Notes under the pieces: generated by a model
Databases searched by the model: none
Told to the model about the DNA's origin: nothing
The model's input: only the letters and a program-made list of their open reading frames with translations
Assembly: GCA_964016885.1 (NCBI GenBank)
Contig: OZ024744.1
Span: 107,074,001 to 107,138,000, forward strand
Origin: Eledone cirrhosa
Taxonomy: Eukaryota
Direction: 5' to 3'
Length of the DNA: 64,000 nucleotides
Program-made: the position numbers and the translations under genes
Shown: positions 50,610 to 62,091 of the stretch, one piece after another
Numbering within the stretch: the first letter of the stretch is position 1
Layout of the letters: the number at the start of each line of letters is the position of its first letter

Positions 50610-53030
50610 CAACTTCATGATTTAACGTCCATCATTTGGGGTAGGACGGTTTGACCATTAGGGAAAAAAAAGGTCAGTGGACCATGTTTTAGCTCACCTG
50701 GGTAAGATTTTGGCTTGGTTTCTACAACTGGGTGCTTTTTGTTGTGACACCTACACAAACACTTTACACTATGTGCTGTTTGTCCTGACACCGACATGAC
50801 CACTTTACAGTGTGGACTAGGCACCTTTGTCATGTCACCACCACCGCCACTCTACAGTGGGGCCTGGGCACTTTTGTCTTGGGACTAGGGAGGGGGGAGG
50901 AAGCTTGGAGAAATTGTGGACAAGGTAGTAGGGGAGGTATGGTTACTGCTAAGGGAGGTGTATGAGAGGGGAGAAGATTGAGGAGGGTGTTGCTTATTAG
51001 ATATATGCCTCAGCCTGAGAATAATAGAGGGAGGGTCTTCTTTAATACTGCATAGCACAAGAGGTCGCGATCTTGTGTCATTGCCTTTTGGGAGGTGTAA
51101 TTGTGCAAGGTGTGCTTTTATTACCTCATCCCAAGTCTTCCTAGGCCTACCCACACCACGGCTACCATCAACTTTGAGTGCTCTGCACCTTTTTATACAG
51201 CTGTTATCTTTCATATGCATCACATGTCCATACCAACACAATCTCCTCTGCTGCATGCAACAACTGGTCCCTTTTATGCTTAATTTCTCACACAGTACAT
51301 TCACACTTTGCCGTCCACGTATATTACTATTGCACATCCAGCAAATCATGGAGGCGTCATTTCTTTCCAATCTCCGCAGGTCCTCAGCACACAGTGCCCA
51401 GGTCTCGCTGCCGTGCAACTTAGTTGTTCTTATACATGCATCATACAGTCTGCCTTTTATTTTAAGAGAAAAACCTTTTGTAGTTAGTAACGGTAGTAGC
51501 TCCCTCAATTTTCTCCAACTTGATCTCACTCTGGTTACTGTGCTTTCAGACCCTCCCCCCCCCTCCACTACTGATTTGGTCACCCAGGTAACAGAAACTA
51601 TCTACCACTTCAATCAAGCCCTTTGAGCATTTGAAAGTGATTGTATCCTGAGGGTTCTTGCTACTTACTGCCCCTGTGCACTGGCCACATGTAAAACCTA
51701 CACTCTTTGTTAGCCTGCCTGAGATCCGACTACATCTCTTGTGTACCCATTGCTTGCATTTGGTACATAGAATGGAATTTCTACCTACTCCTTTTCTGCA
51801 CACTGAGCAGGGCCATTTCCCAGAAGAGATCTGTGTCCTGTTATTCCTTCTACTTACTAAGACTTTAGTCTTTGCCAGGTTGACTTTAAGACCTTGCTTC
51901 CAGGTTTGGAATTTCATCACTAGTTCAGCTATAGATTTGGCTATAAGGGTTAGGTCATCAACATACAGAACTTCCCATGAGCAGCCGGTCTTAAACTCCC
52001 CCATTATTGCCTGCAGAATGATAATAAACAGAAGTGGGCTAGGAACAGAGCCCTGATGGACACCAACCTGCATGCTAAATTCTTCACTATAGTCATTGTT
52101 AATTCTAACCTTACTGGCTGTTTTCTATACATTGCTTCAATTGCCTTCACAAGCCATTCGTCAACTCCTAATTTCCTAAGAGCCCACTAGATAATGGAAT
52201 GAGGGACTCAGTCAAAAGCTTTCTCAAGGTTGACAAAAGCCAGGTAGAGGGGCTTACTCTTGCAGTTGTCTTACAAGGAAGAGGGCATCTGTGGTACTCT
52301 TATTTGGGACAAATCCAAACTGCATCTCATCTAGGTTAACTCATTCTCTAATCAGCTGAACTACGACTCTTTCAGTGACCTTCATAACCTGGTCAACCAA
52401 CTTAATGCCTCTATAGTTTTCTCTATCTAGAGCATCTCCTTTGCCCTTGTAGTACTTTATAATGATGCTGCTACACCAGTCATTGGGTATGACACCATTT
52501 TGTATAACTTGGTTTACAATGCAGGAGACTATGGTGTGGCCCACCATACCTGAAGTTTTCAGCCTCTCAGCAACTATCCCTGAAGGTCCAACTGCCTTGC
52601 CTAACTTCATATCCTTTCAGACACACTTCTCTCCACTTGCATCACAATTTTCCTTGACACACTGTCTAGCGATCCTGAACACCTCACATCTTTGATCCTC
52701 ATGCTACAAAACAAGCTTAAATTTTTTGTTTTCTGCTTCCCTTCTAGCAAGGTAAACTTGTCACATATTCTCTCCTAGCCTTCTGGCAAACTTCCCTGCT
52801 AAACCCCATTACACCAATTTTTCCAAGCCTGTCTTTTGGCCTTAATTATTTCATTTACCTTACTGTTCCACCACCAAGTCACCCCCCGTCTCCCAAGGGG
52901 CCTACTCCACCCACATATTTCATATGTCCCCTTCAGTAGGTTACCTTTCAGGAACACCCACTGCTCCTCTATATTGTATGTCTCTATTTGCTCTTCCTTA
53001 CTGAACAAGAGCGGGCTGAGGACCAAACCT
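50610..53030 (-). mobile_element. RTE LINE fragment, decayed
   Basis: ORF pieces TWWWNSKV, MKLGKAVGPSGI, NYRGIKL, GVHQGSV, YVDD, PHD finger and RGVGRPRKTW. Confidence 0.85.
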
Positions 53031-53959
53031 TGTCTATCTTCCGAAACTATATATATATATATATAGATAGATACGCACCCACCCCACTACTCCTACTCCA
53101 TCCTCCCACTTCCACCCACACCACCCTTTCTCTGTAAAGTTATGCTGGTACCACAGAACATCCAGTCCAAACTAAAGAAGTTGTGTAGGTGTGACGGCAA
53201 AAAGCACCCAGTCCATGCTGTAAAGTGGTCAAGTAGGAGCCACTGTAATAGGGCTCCAGTCCACATTGTAAATGTAGCTGGTATTAGGAAGGGCATCCAG
53301 TCGTAGAAAACCTGCCAGATACAGTCCTATATGAGCGAGACACGGTCAGCCAATCAATCTTGCCTCAAGTGGGACAATTCCCGTCTAACTCATGCTAGCA
53401 TGGAAGATAGACATTAAACGATGATGATGATGATGATGATATTTTTTTTTTCATAAGGTTTAATAGAATTTGATTCATAAAGTAAATTAAACTCTGTTAG
53501 AGAACATTATGCCAGACCTCAGTTCTCTTCTAACACTCTCTCTTTAACTGTTACCTTAAATAAGTCATGAATAATCTCTATTGTATCTCCTCCTAATATC
53601 TACAAAATCAGTGTGTGTGCGAGTATATATACGTATATGCCGGCAAACCAACCAAGCTTGCTTGGTGAGGAGGGTGATTTTGGAAACCCTGTTGGATGAA
53701 AAACAAAACCCATCAAAGGAGGGAGGAACATCCATCCAAAAGTTTTTTTTTTGTTTAGTGAGAGACTCCTAGTCTTCATGAAGACATCTTTCTAGAAGGT
53801 CACACTGATATAAAACCTGCAACTTCATTTGCATCCAATGATGTAGACCAGTTCTTCTTTTTGGGGCAAATGTATTCGATGTTGAAAGAATAGGATTGGC
53901 CCCATGCAAAGCCATTCATCACTTAAAAAAGCTTCAAGACTGGGATCGCTTGATATGTG

Positions 53960-54620
53960 ACATTTTTTTGCGATGTATGGAATTGTTGGCCATAGGCAAG
54001 TCCCTGGCAGGACTCAAGGAGATCCCTCTGTATTTGGATCATTCTTTCTTGTCTCCCTTTTTGAAAATTGGGATTATCACTCCTGATTGCCATTGACTAG
54101 GTACCTTTCCAGAAACCCAGGCCACCCGGCACACATCGGTCAGCCAGAGAATCCCTTCTCTATTAAAGGCTTTTAACATATTGGGCCAGATTTCATCTTC
54201 CCCCAGTGGCCTTGCCACATGAGCTCTTTAACTGTTCTAGTGACCTCAGCCTCTGAGAGATTAGTCAGCGCTCCCAGATAACTAGATGGTGATCAGTTGA
54301 CATTCAGCCCCTCTCTTAAACACAAACATCCAGCACAGAATCAGAGATCAGAGACAATAACAAAATCAATTATTGATCTCTGTCCCCGATTCCTCTTATA
54401 CCATGTATATTTATGGATGTCTCTGTACAGGAAGAAGGTGTTCATAACAGAGAGTCCATTGCTAGAACAGAAGTCTAATATGGCCTCTCCATTCATATTT
54501 AGATTGGGGTCACCATTCCTTTCCATGTCAGGTGGTCAGAGCCAATATGTGCACTGAAGTCTCCTATCAGGAGGACAGGTCGCAGGTGGCAGATAGCCAA
54601 ACAGGCACCAGATATGATGG
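53960..54620 (-). mobile_element. RTE-type LINE fragments (APE and linker)
   Basis: LLIGDFSAHIG, NGEAILDFC, MNTFF, RSIIDFVIVS; downstream pieces WQSGVIIPIFKKGD. Confidence 0.7.
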
Positions 54621-54773
54621 CTAGTTGCGATATAAGCAGGTTACTGCCAGATGAACAAGCAGCCCTGGACCAACAACGGTAAACTACTAGGCGAGATGGA
54701 GCAATGGGTGACACCTGTAGCTCCCAAGAAAACTCTTACAACATAATAACATAGCTACGATGAGGCAAGTAAA

Positions 54774-55400
54774 GGCCCGCTCTAAATAAGCCTCGTCTTT
54801 GTGGGTCTGACAAAGAACCAGATTGGTGAATAAGACTACCGAAATTTAAACGCCCTGTTCTTCATGCGGGTTAACAAGAGACGTGCCTGTTAGAAAAATA
54901 TATTGCAGTCTACATTTCATGCTGCAAATTCTCGCAATGGGCCTGCAACCTGTCCTGGGAGACGTGGGATGGATGTACAAAGTTTGCATATCCCGAGACC
55001 CCAATGAGGACCTGGAAGGGAGCAAACCTTGACAGTTGGAACCTGGAACATCACCCTTACAGGTAAGGTGCAGGAACTAGTGGAAGAGACTAGATGCTAC
55101 CAGCTAGATATTGTAGGGTTTCTTCAACAAAGTTCCATGGCTCTGATACTCTAGATTTGGATGGAGGATGGAAACTCCACTATTGAGGTGTGGCACCAGA
55201 AATGACTACACAGGCAGGAGTGGGGATACTCACAAGTCCCTGACTGTCAGAATGTGTTATGGATTGGATCCCGTTAGGAAGGAGGATTTGCCTCTTGAAA
55301 CTTAGACTGGAAGATATGTCTCTGTGGGTGGTGCAAGGAGTTCGAATACAGGTCCTTCCTTGATGAAGTCACTGCAGCATTAGATGTAGTTAAGACTGAA
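54774..55400 (+). mobile_element. 5' end of an RTE-type LINE (5' UTR plus start of APE)
   Basis: LTVGTWNIT at ~55028, followed by YQLDIVG, DGGWKL and QAGVGILT. Decayed. Confidence 0.65.
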
Positions 55401-55700
55401 TCATATATATATATATACAGACACACACATATATGTAATAAAAAATAATACAAGCAAGTCTTTAAGGAGGATTTTACCATTTTATTAGTTTTAAGTACTT
55501 TTCACCAAATGTAGAAAATAACCATGTTTAAAAAAATGAAAATATCCCTAAATGTTGAATAAGTTTGGATCCTCAGAACATCAACATGTATAAAACTACA
55601 TCAAATTCAGGAATGGAACATATTATGGTACCATATTAATAGTTATTAATATAACACTGTAATATCAATACACCCCCTATATATGTACACCTGTATGCCG

Positions 55701-55735
<35 letters not shown>

Positions 55736-55778
55736 CATATGTGTGTGTGTGTGTACATATACACACACCTGTATGCCG

Positions 55779-55811
<33 letters not shown>

Positions 55812-55812
55812 C

Positions 55813-55844
<32 letters not shown>

Positions 55845-56162
55845 ACATATACACATACACACATATATGCCTCTCTCTCTTTCTCGCTATATATATATGT
55901 GTACACATGTATGTCTGTGTATATAAATCTGAGTGTGAGTGTGTGTGTATATACACAGTATTTTTAATGTGCTACACACTTTACTTCTTACATATATAAC
56001 TGGTAATTGGCAATAATTGCTAACACCAATACAAATAGTTTAATCAATCGTGATTTAGCTTACCCCATCATGTCACACATAGTAATGATTTCATCAGTTC
56101 AGCTGATGTATCAATAATCTATATATAGATGAGCAGCAAAAAAGAAAGTTATATTGAACAAC

Positions 56163-56433
56163 TTAACATTTCCGGGCCCTAAAATAGAAGTTATAAATTA
56201 ACCCTTTTGAAACCAACCCTGCTTCTACAACACAAAGCTGTTTACTTTTAAATATTTATATTTATTTTTAAAAACTTCCATTATAATTCTATGTAAGAAC
56301 CTTTGTTAAGTTATGTTCCAAACATCAGCTTAATAATATGAAAGTAATTAATTACTAAATCCTCCCAAATGGATGTATATTTTCACAATTATAGACAGTG
56401 CTTTTATTAGAACTATGGTCACAAAATGGTTAA
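56163..56433. mobile_element. TTAA-type MITE (family 2)
   Basis: TTAA|cccttttgaaacc...ggtcacaaaatgg|TTAA, an inverted copy of 26612-26875. Confidence 0.72.
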
Positions 56434-57003
56434 ATATATATGTTACTGTGTGTAACCGTATCTCTATCATAAGAGCTGGCTAAACATGTTGACACAATGA
56501 AGGGCATCCAACCATAAAACATTGCCCCAAAAAGGACCTCATGATGATTTTGAAGCTTATCATGAGACCCATACTTTAGCAAGGAAAATGGCCTTAAAAT
56601 GCTAACTGTTGTTGTCACACACACACACACATTATATATTATCTAATGCCAAAACATCCACTGGAGGAAATACAAGTTAAACTAAGTTTCACTCATATTG
56701 TCTCACTAACTGCAGTTTCTGGAATTAAAAAAAAAAGCAATAGTAATTATTTCAATAAATTAAGACAACCAATATTAGAAGAAATTCCTTCATCAGAGGA
56801 ATTCTTTGGAAATAGAAAAAAATATTCAATAAAAAGTATACCCTCTCGTTATCAAACAACGTGGTGTTTTGAACAACATGTGCAATATCCAACTATCAAA
56901 TGAAAGTATATCAGGACAATATGACAGGTTCATAGTGACGCTAGAAATAGCAGATGTTATTGTCTTAATTTATTGGGATAATCAATGTTTCTTAATTCCA
57001 GAA

Positions 57004-57165
57004 AGGGAGATATGAGCATCTCCCTGCACTCAGGGAGACAATATGAGCATCTCCCTGCACTCAGGGAGACAATATGAACATCTCCCTGTACTCAAGGAGA
57101 CAATATGAGCGTCTCCCTGTACTCAAGGAGACAATATGAGCGTCTCCCTGTACTCAGGGAGATAA
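57004..57165. repeat. 31-bp hairpin minisatellite x5
   Basis: cagggagacaatatgagcatctccctgcact repeated. Each unit has an internal inverted repeat cagggaga/tctccctg. Confidence 0.9.
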
Positions 57166-57289
57166 TACAAGCAAAATATTCTAATATTGGTTTGTGTAGC
57201 TTGTATTCCCTCCAATGGATGTTTTGGCATTAGTTTTAAATGCTTCTCTGATTCTTTTCATTGAGAGATCCAAGTATATTAGTGACTAA

Positions 57290-57333
<44 letters not shown>

Positions 57334-57744
57334 AAAATAACAGATTAAAGTTTAAGCAAAGAATCGCTGCTTTCACCCTTATATATATAAATTATTACAT
57401 TTAGAACAGAGATGAAACAAAAGACAAATACTTTTGTATTTATTACAACTGTCTGAGGTGAACAGCAAGAATGCTGTAACAAGCATTTCTTTCTGTCTGG
57501 TGCCAGACTAAAATATTAACATAAATTTAAGTTGGAGTTGTGAAAAAAGCAGTTGTACCTCATAGGAAATGTCTAGGGTATTCTAATGATAGGGGTCTCA
57601 ATAATGCTGATCATACAGCGCACACCAAAGTTAGTTTAGCTGATCTCAAAGGTTTCTTGAGTGTTTTAATGACAGTGGTACACAGCTTTGCCAATACTCA
57701 GAAGTGGCTTGGAAATGTTATTATAAGAGATTGATGATGATGGA

Positions 57745-58515
57745 GAATGAGTGGAAGGAAAACGGATTGCCCTCAGTCGAGTCAAAAGAAGGACTGGCCA
57801 TTGAGTTAAAGGGGCTATAGGTTCAAGGTCATACAGTTAAAATGGCTGAGGTTCAAGGTCATATAGTTAAAGGGGCTTTTAAGGACCTGAAGGTAAAATG
57901 CTGGGTCATCTAGGATAGTCAGAGATGCTGATAACACCTGGTAAAGTCACCCACATAGTCAGTCATAATACAGAATGGGGTCATACCTAATGACTGGTAC
58001 AGCAGTATAATCATTAATTGCTACAAGGGAAAGGGTGATTCCCTAGAAAAGAGCAACTATGGAGCATAACTAAATTGGGAAAGAGTCAAATTAGATGAGA
58101 TGTAGTTTGGTTTTGTGGCAGGCAGAAACACCATAGATGCCCTTTTCTTAGCGAGGAAACTACAAGGGAATCATGTAGAGAGGAGCTGTCAGTAAAGTGA
58201 GAGAAGGAAGCGAGTTTAGTGAAGGATTCAAAGGACAGGTAGGAGTTCATCAGGGCTCAGTCCTTAGTCCACTACTGTTCATTATAATGTTCCAGGTCAT
58301 AACAGAAAAATTTAAGACTGGCTGTCCATGGGAACATCTCTACACTGATGACCTGGTTCTTACAACCAAATCAGTGGAAGGTTTAAACACAAAATCCAAA
58401 TGTGGAAATAAAACCTAGAATGAAAAGAACTAAAAGCATGAACACTGTTGCCATTACGGAAGGTATGTAGAAACTTGGTATGATGTACACTATGTAAGGT
58501 ACACAAGAGATATAG
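57745..58515 (+). mobile_element. RTE LINE fragment (continues at ~59590-59790)
   Basis: IPNDW...YKGKGD, FGFV, VGVHQGSVLSPLLF, YTDDLVL. A further PHD-region piece follows the (GA)n run. Confidence 0.72.
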
Positions 58516-58516
58516 T

Positions 58517-59285
58517 GAGGTAGCAACTAGCTGCTCTCTTCCAGAAAACTTTCGGTCCAGAGCCTATGGTTAATTTCTAGAAATCCCTGCTCTGGCACAG
58601 CTACAGGGGAGCATTGCCAGTTTGAGATAAATTTTACAGGCATGGAAATACTGTCAGCTGAGCATGTCTGAGATGCAATCCGGGTAATGAAACGATCCTA
58701 CTGTGGATTTATGTCAAACATCTGCTGTTATGTGTATGGCAGATCATGCCTAGTGGCCATAGCAAAAGATGTTGTGTGATGGACACAATTGAAGGGGCTG
58801 AAGACAATCACTCTCCTCTTTCGCGAATTCCTCATCAACTTCTTGACAAGTAAAATGAAGGTGGAGAGGGAAGTATTACCTTCCAGCCTTTTTGTTGAAA
58901 GGGGGATGAGAGTGGCAAGCATGGTCCAAGTGAATGGACCTGTTCTCAGTTTAATAAATCAGAGCTGAAGAACTGAGAGAGGTCACCTGCCCTAGTGATC
59001 AGGGCAACCTTGGTTTTATATGGCTTTATTTCTCTCAGTTTACACCTGTAAATCAGAGCTGAAAGAGGTCCCTTGCCCTAGTGATCAGAGCAACCTTGGT
59101 TTTATATGGGTTTATTTCCACAAGTAGATACCTCTTCTCTATTGAGGAATACATATTGTTACCTCCCTTTATTAAACCTGTTTACATACAAAACCCCTAC
59201 ACACTCAATGTGTTGTCTTGCCTGATCCTTTGTAAACCCTTTGAGGTTAATAAAGAAATCATTATTATCAGTAGTAGTAGAAGTA
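58517..59285 (+). mobile_element. Probable L1/Tx1-like LINE 3' end
   Basis: Decayed GALPV...CLRC...ET coding remnant, then a UTR with an internal duplication ending aataaa...attattatc(agt)n. Confidence 0.45.
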
Positions 59286-59519
59286 GTATGTATAATATTT
59301 ACTAATAAAGTGATTCAGTGAGTTAAGTTGATTATAAACAAAAATCCAAAGGTATTTGTCACAGATAAGTAAAACAAAAGGTATTTCGGGAGATGTGGTT
59401 TATTTAATCATGTGACAACAATTATTTTTTTGGTTTCAACTCTAAAACATCGTAACACTAAATTGGAGGAAACATCCTCTTCCAGGGTGAACTATGTGGA
59501 AATTTGGGCTTTACATACA

Positions 59520-59594
<75 letters not shown>

Positions 59595-60331
59595 CTAGCA
59601 AAGTCCAGAGTCCTAAGAAGTAAAAAAGAAAACAAGGCCCTGATTCCTTTGGGGTAATGGCTTTGCTCAGTATGGCGGAAAAGAGTAGGTAGAAATTCCA
59701 TCATATGTACAAAATGTAAGCTTTGGGTACACAAAAGATATAGTGAGATTGCAGGCAGGCTAGCAAAGAATGTAGGCTTTGTATGTATCCAGTATATACA
59801 TATACAAATACATATTTATATATATATATATATATATTTATTTACGTATAGCACGGAGCGTATGTGCATAAACACGCACGCACCGTACTGTATTATGGCA
59901 GTATTGTGTTAGCTCAGTGTACAAGAACAGAGCCGTTATATATATAATATATATATTGTATATGTTGTTTAACCGGGCTATATATGCAACACTCCAAACA
60001 GTAATTGGGTTCAAGCACTCAACAACATATGTATCCTTCCTTGACTGAGTATACGTACAATAATGATAATTGAGAAGACCAGAAGTAGAAATTCATAATT
60101 CTTTTTAATCAGAATCAGCCGTAATACATATTTCTGAGGCATTCATGATTATACATGAATTTCTACTTCTGCCCTTTGCAATTCTCATATATTGTGTGTG
60201 TGTGCGTGTATATATATTAAAGAGTTAAACAATATTCAATGAGTACATCAAAGAATGAGTTTTACAGTAGATTGGAAGCACTCCATGGAAAATAATTTTC
60301 CAGAGTTATTAATATTAAAATACAAATATTA

Positions 60332-60388
60332 CATTTTATTATACATATTTCAGATGTACAACAGTACGTCCTCATCAGACAAAATATG
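60332..60388 (-). ncRNA. Minimal type I hammerhead ribozyme
   Basis: Minus strand: caUAUUUUGU-CUGAUGA-GGACGUAC-uguu-GUACAUCU-GAAA-uaugua-UA-AUAAAAUG. Intact core, 8-bp stem I, stem II with one mismatch, short near-palindromic stem III, AUA cleavage triplet. Confidence 0.75.
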
Positions 60389-61005
60389 ATACATGACATA
60401 CCCTGAGATGTTAAATGGTTAAGATTTAATCAAGGTAGTGATTAACCTAAGAGAAAGTTTAACATTTATACCTTAATAATGAGAAAATGCGAAAACGTAA
60501 TAAATTCAATAGAGAATGTGTGAGTAAGAAAAACGTTGCTTAATGTAACAGTTATAGAGATTTTAAAATGTATGATACTACAATTTATCAGGGAAAGCTG
60601 TCAATGAGAGCCGCTGAGATAATATATATAGAGAGAGGGAATATAAGTAGAAGGAGATTTTCCGAAAGTTAAACGGCTAAGTTTGAAAATATTTAATTTA
60701 TGCTATTTTAGGGTGAAAAGTCAAGATTTTAGGTTTTTTTGTTTTTTTTAAATTTGCAGGTTATTTATTAGTTTTGTAAATTCAATAAGTGTTTTAACAT
60801 TTCTAAACTTCAGAATTTTATGAGGATAACTTTTAAAGGATTTAGCTGGCCAGCGGAAAATAAAGTTTACACTGTCGAATATTTTTCTAAATGTAAGTTT
60901 TACAGGAGATATTCATTGTCAACATATATGGTATGTAAATCTTATGAAGTATTTATTGTTAGAAATATTTAAATAACTATTATGTATATATACATATATA
61001 TATAT

Positions 61006-61195
61006 TAATTGTTTCTACTTTAGGCACAAGGTCAGCAATTATCCCAGTGCATTACTGGTACTTTATTTTATCGACCCCGTAAGGATGAAAGGCAAAGTTA
61101 ACCTCGGCGGGATTTGAACTCAGATCATAAAGGGACGTAACTATGCTGGAAAGCATGGCGTCCGACCCTCTACCGATACTGCCAATCCACCACCC
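61006..61195 (-). mobile_element. SINE family B
   Basis: Reverse complement of 29170-29362. Confidence 0.82.
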
Positions 61196-61912
61196 TACAT
61201 ATATATATATTAATGAGCCTGTATATTTTAGGTAAATGATAACGAAAATAAAAATAAGATAATAGATTTAGGCATGCTAAAGTTAAATATATACGTATAT
61301 ATAAAAGGGTGTAAATGTGTTGATTATTCATAGTTCAAAATAAATGATAACCAATAAATTTAACTAAAAATTATGTATAGAATGATATATGGATATAAAT
61401 TAGGTATTATTGATACAGTATACTTTAGGTAAATGATAACAGTTATAATTTTATATAATAAAGTTCGAAACGTGTTATAGTTAAATACATATATATATAT
61501 AAGAAAAGCAAGGAAAGTTTACATTGTTGAATATTTTCCTAAATATAAACTTTACCGAAGATAATCAATTGTCAACTTATGGTATGTAAATCTTATGAAG
61601 TACTTATTGTTAGAAATATTTAATTAACGATTATGTATATAGATATTTATTAATGAGTCAGTATATTTTAGGTAAAAGATAACGATAAAAATATAATAGT
61701 TTGAGGCATGTAAAGTTAAATATATACCTATATAACAGGGTGTAAATGCATTAATTATTCATAGTTCGAAATAAATAATAATCAAAAACACATGAAAAAT
61801 TCAGTTAGAAATAAGTTCCGTAAAAATTATGGGTTGGATATTAAACTAAAATTTAAACCTTAGATAGGAAGATAAAGATAGAGAAATAAAGAAATAATGG
61901 TATGGATCAAAG

Positions 61913-62091
61913 TTAATTGTTTCTACTTTTGGCACAAGGCCAGCAATTACCCAGTGCATTACTGGTACTTTATTTTATCGACCCCGTAAGGATGAAAGGC
62001 AAAGTCAACCTCGGCGGGATTTGAACTCAGATCGTAAAGGGACGTAACTATGCTGGAAAGCATGGCGTCCGACCCTCTACCGATACTGCCA
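61913..62091 (-). mobile_element. SINE family B (slightly 5'-truncated)
   Basis: Near-identical to 61006-61195. Confidence 0.82.
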
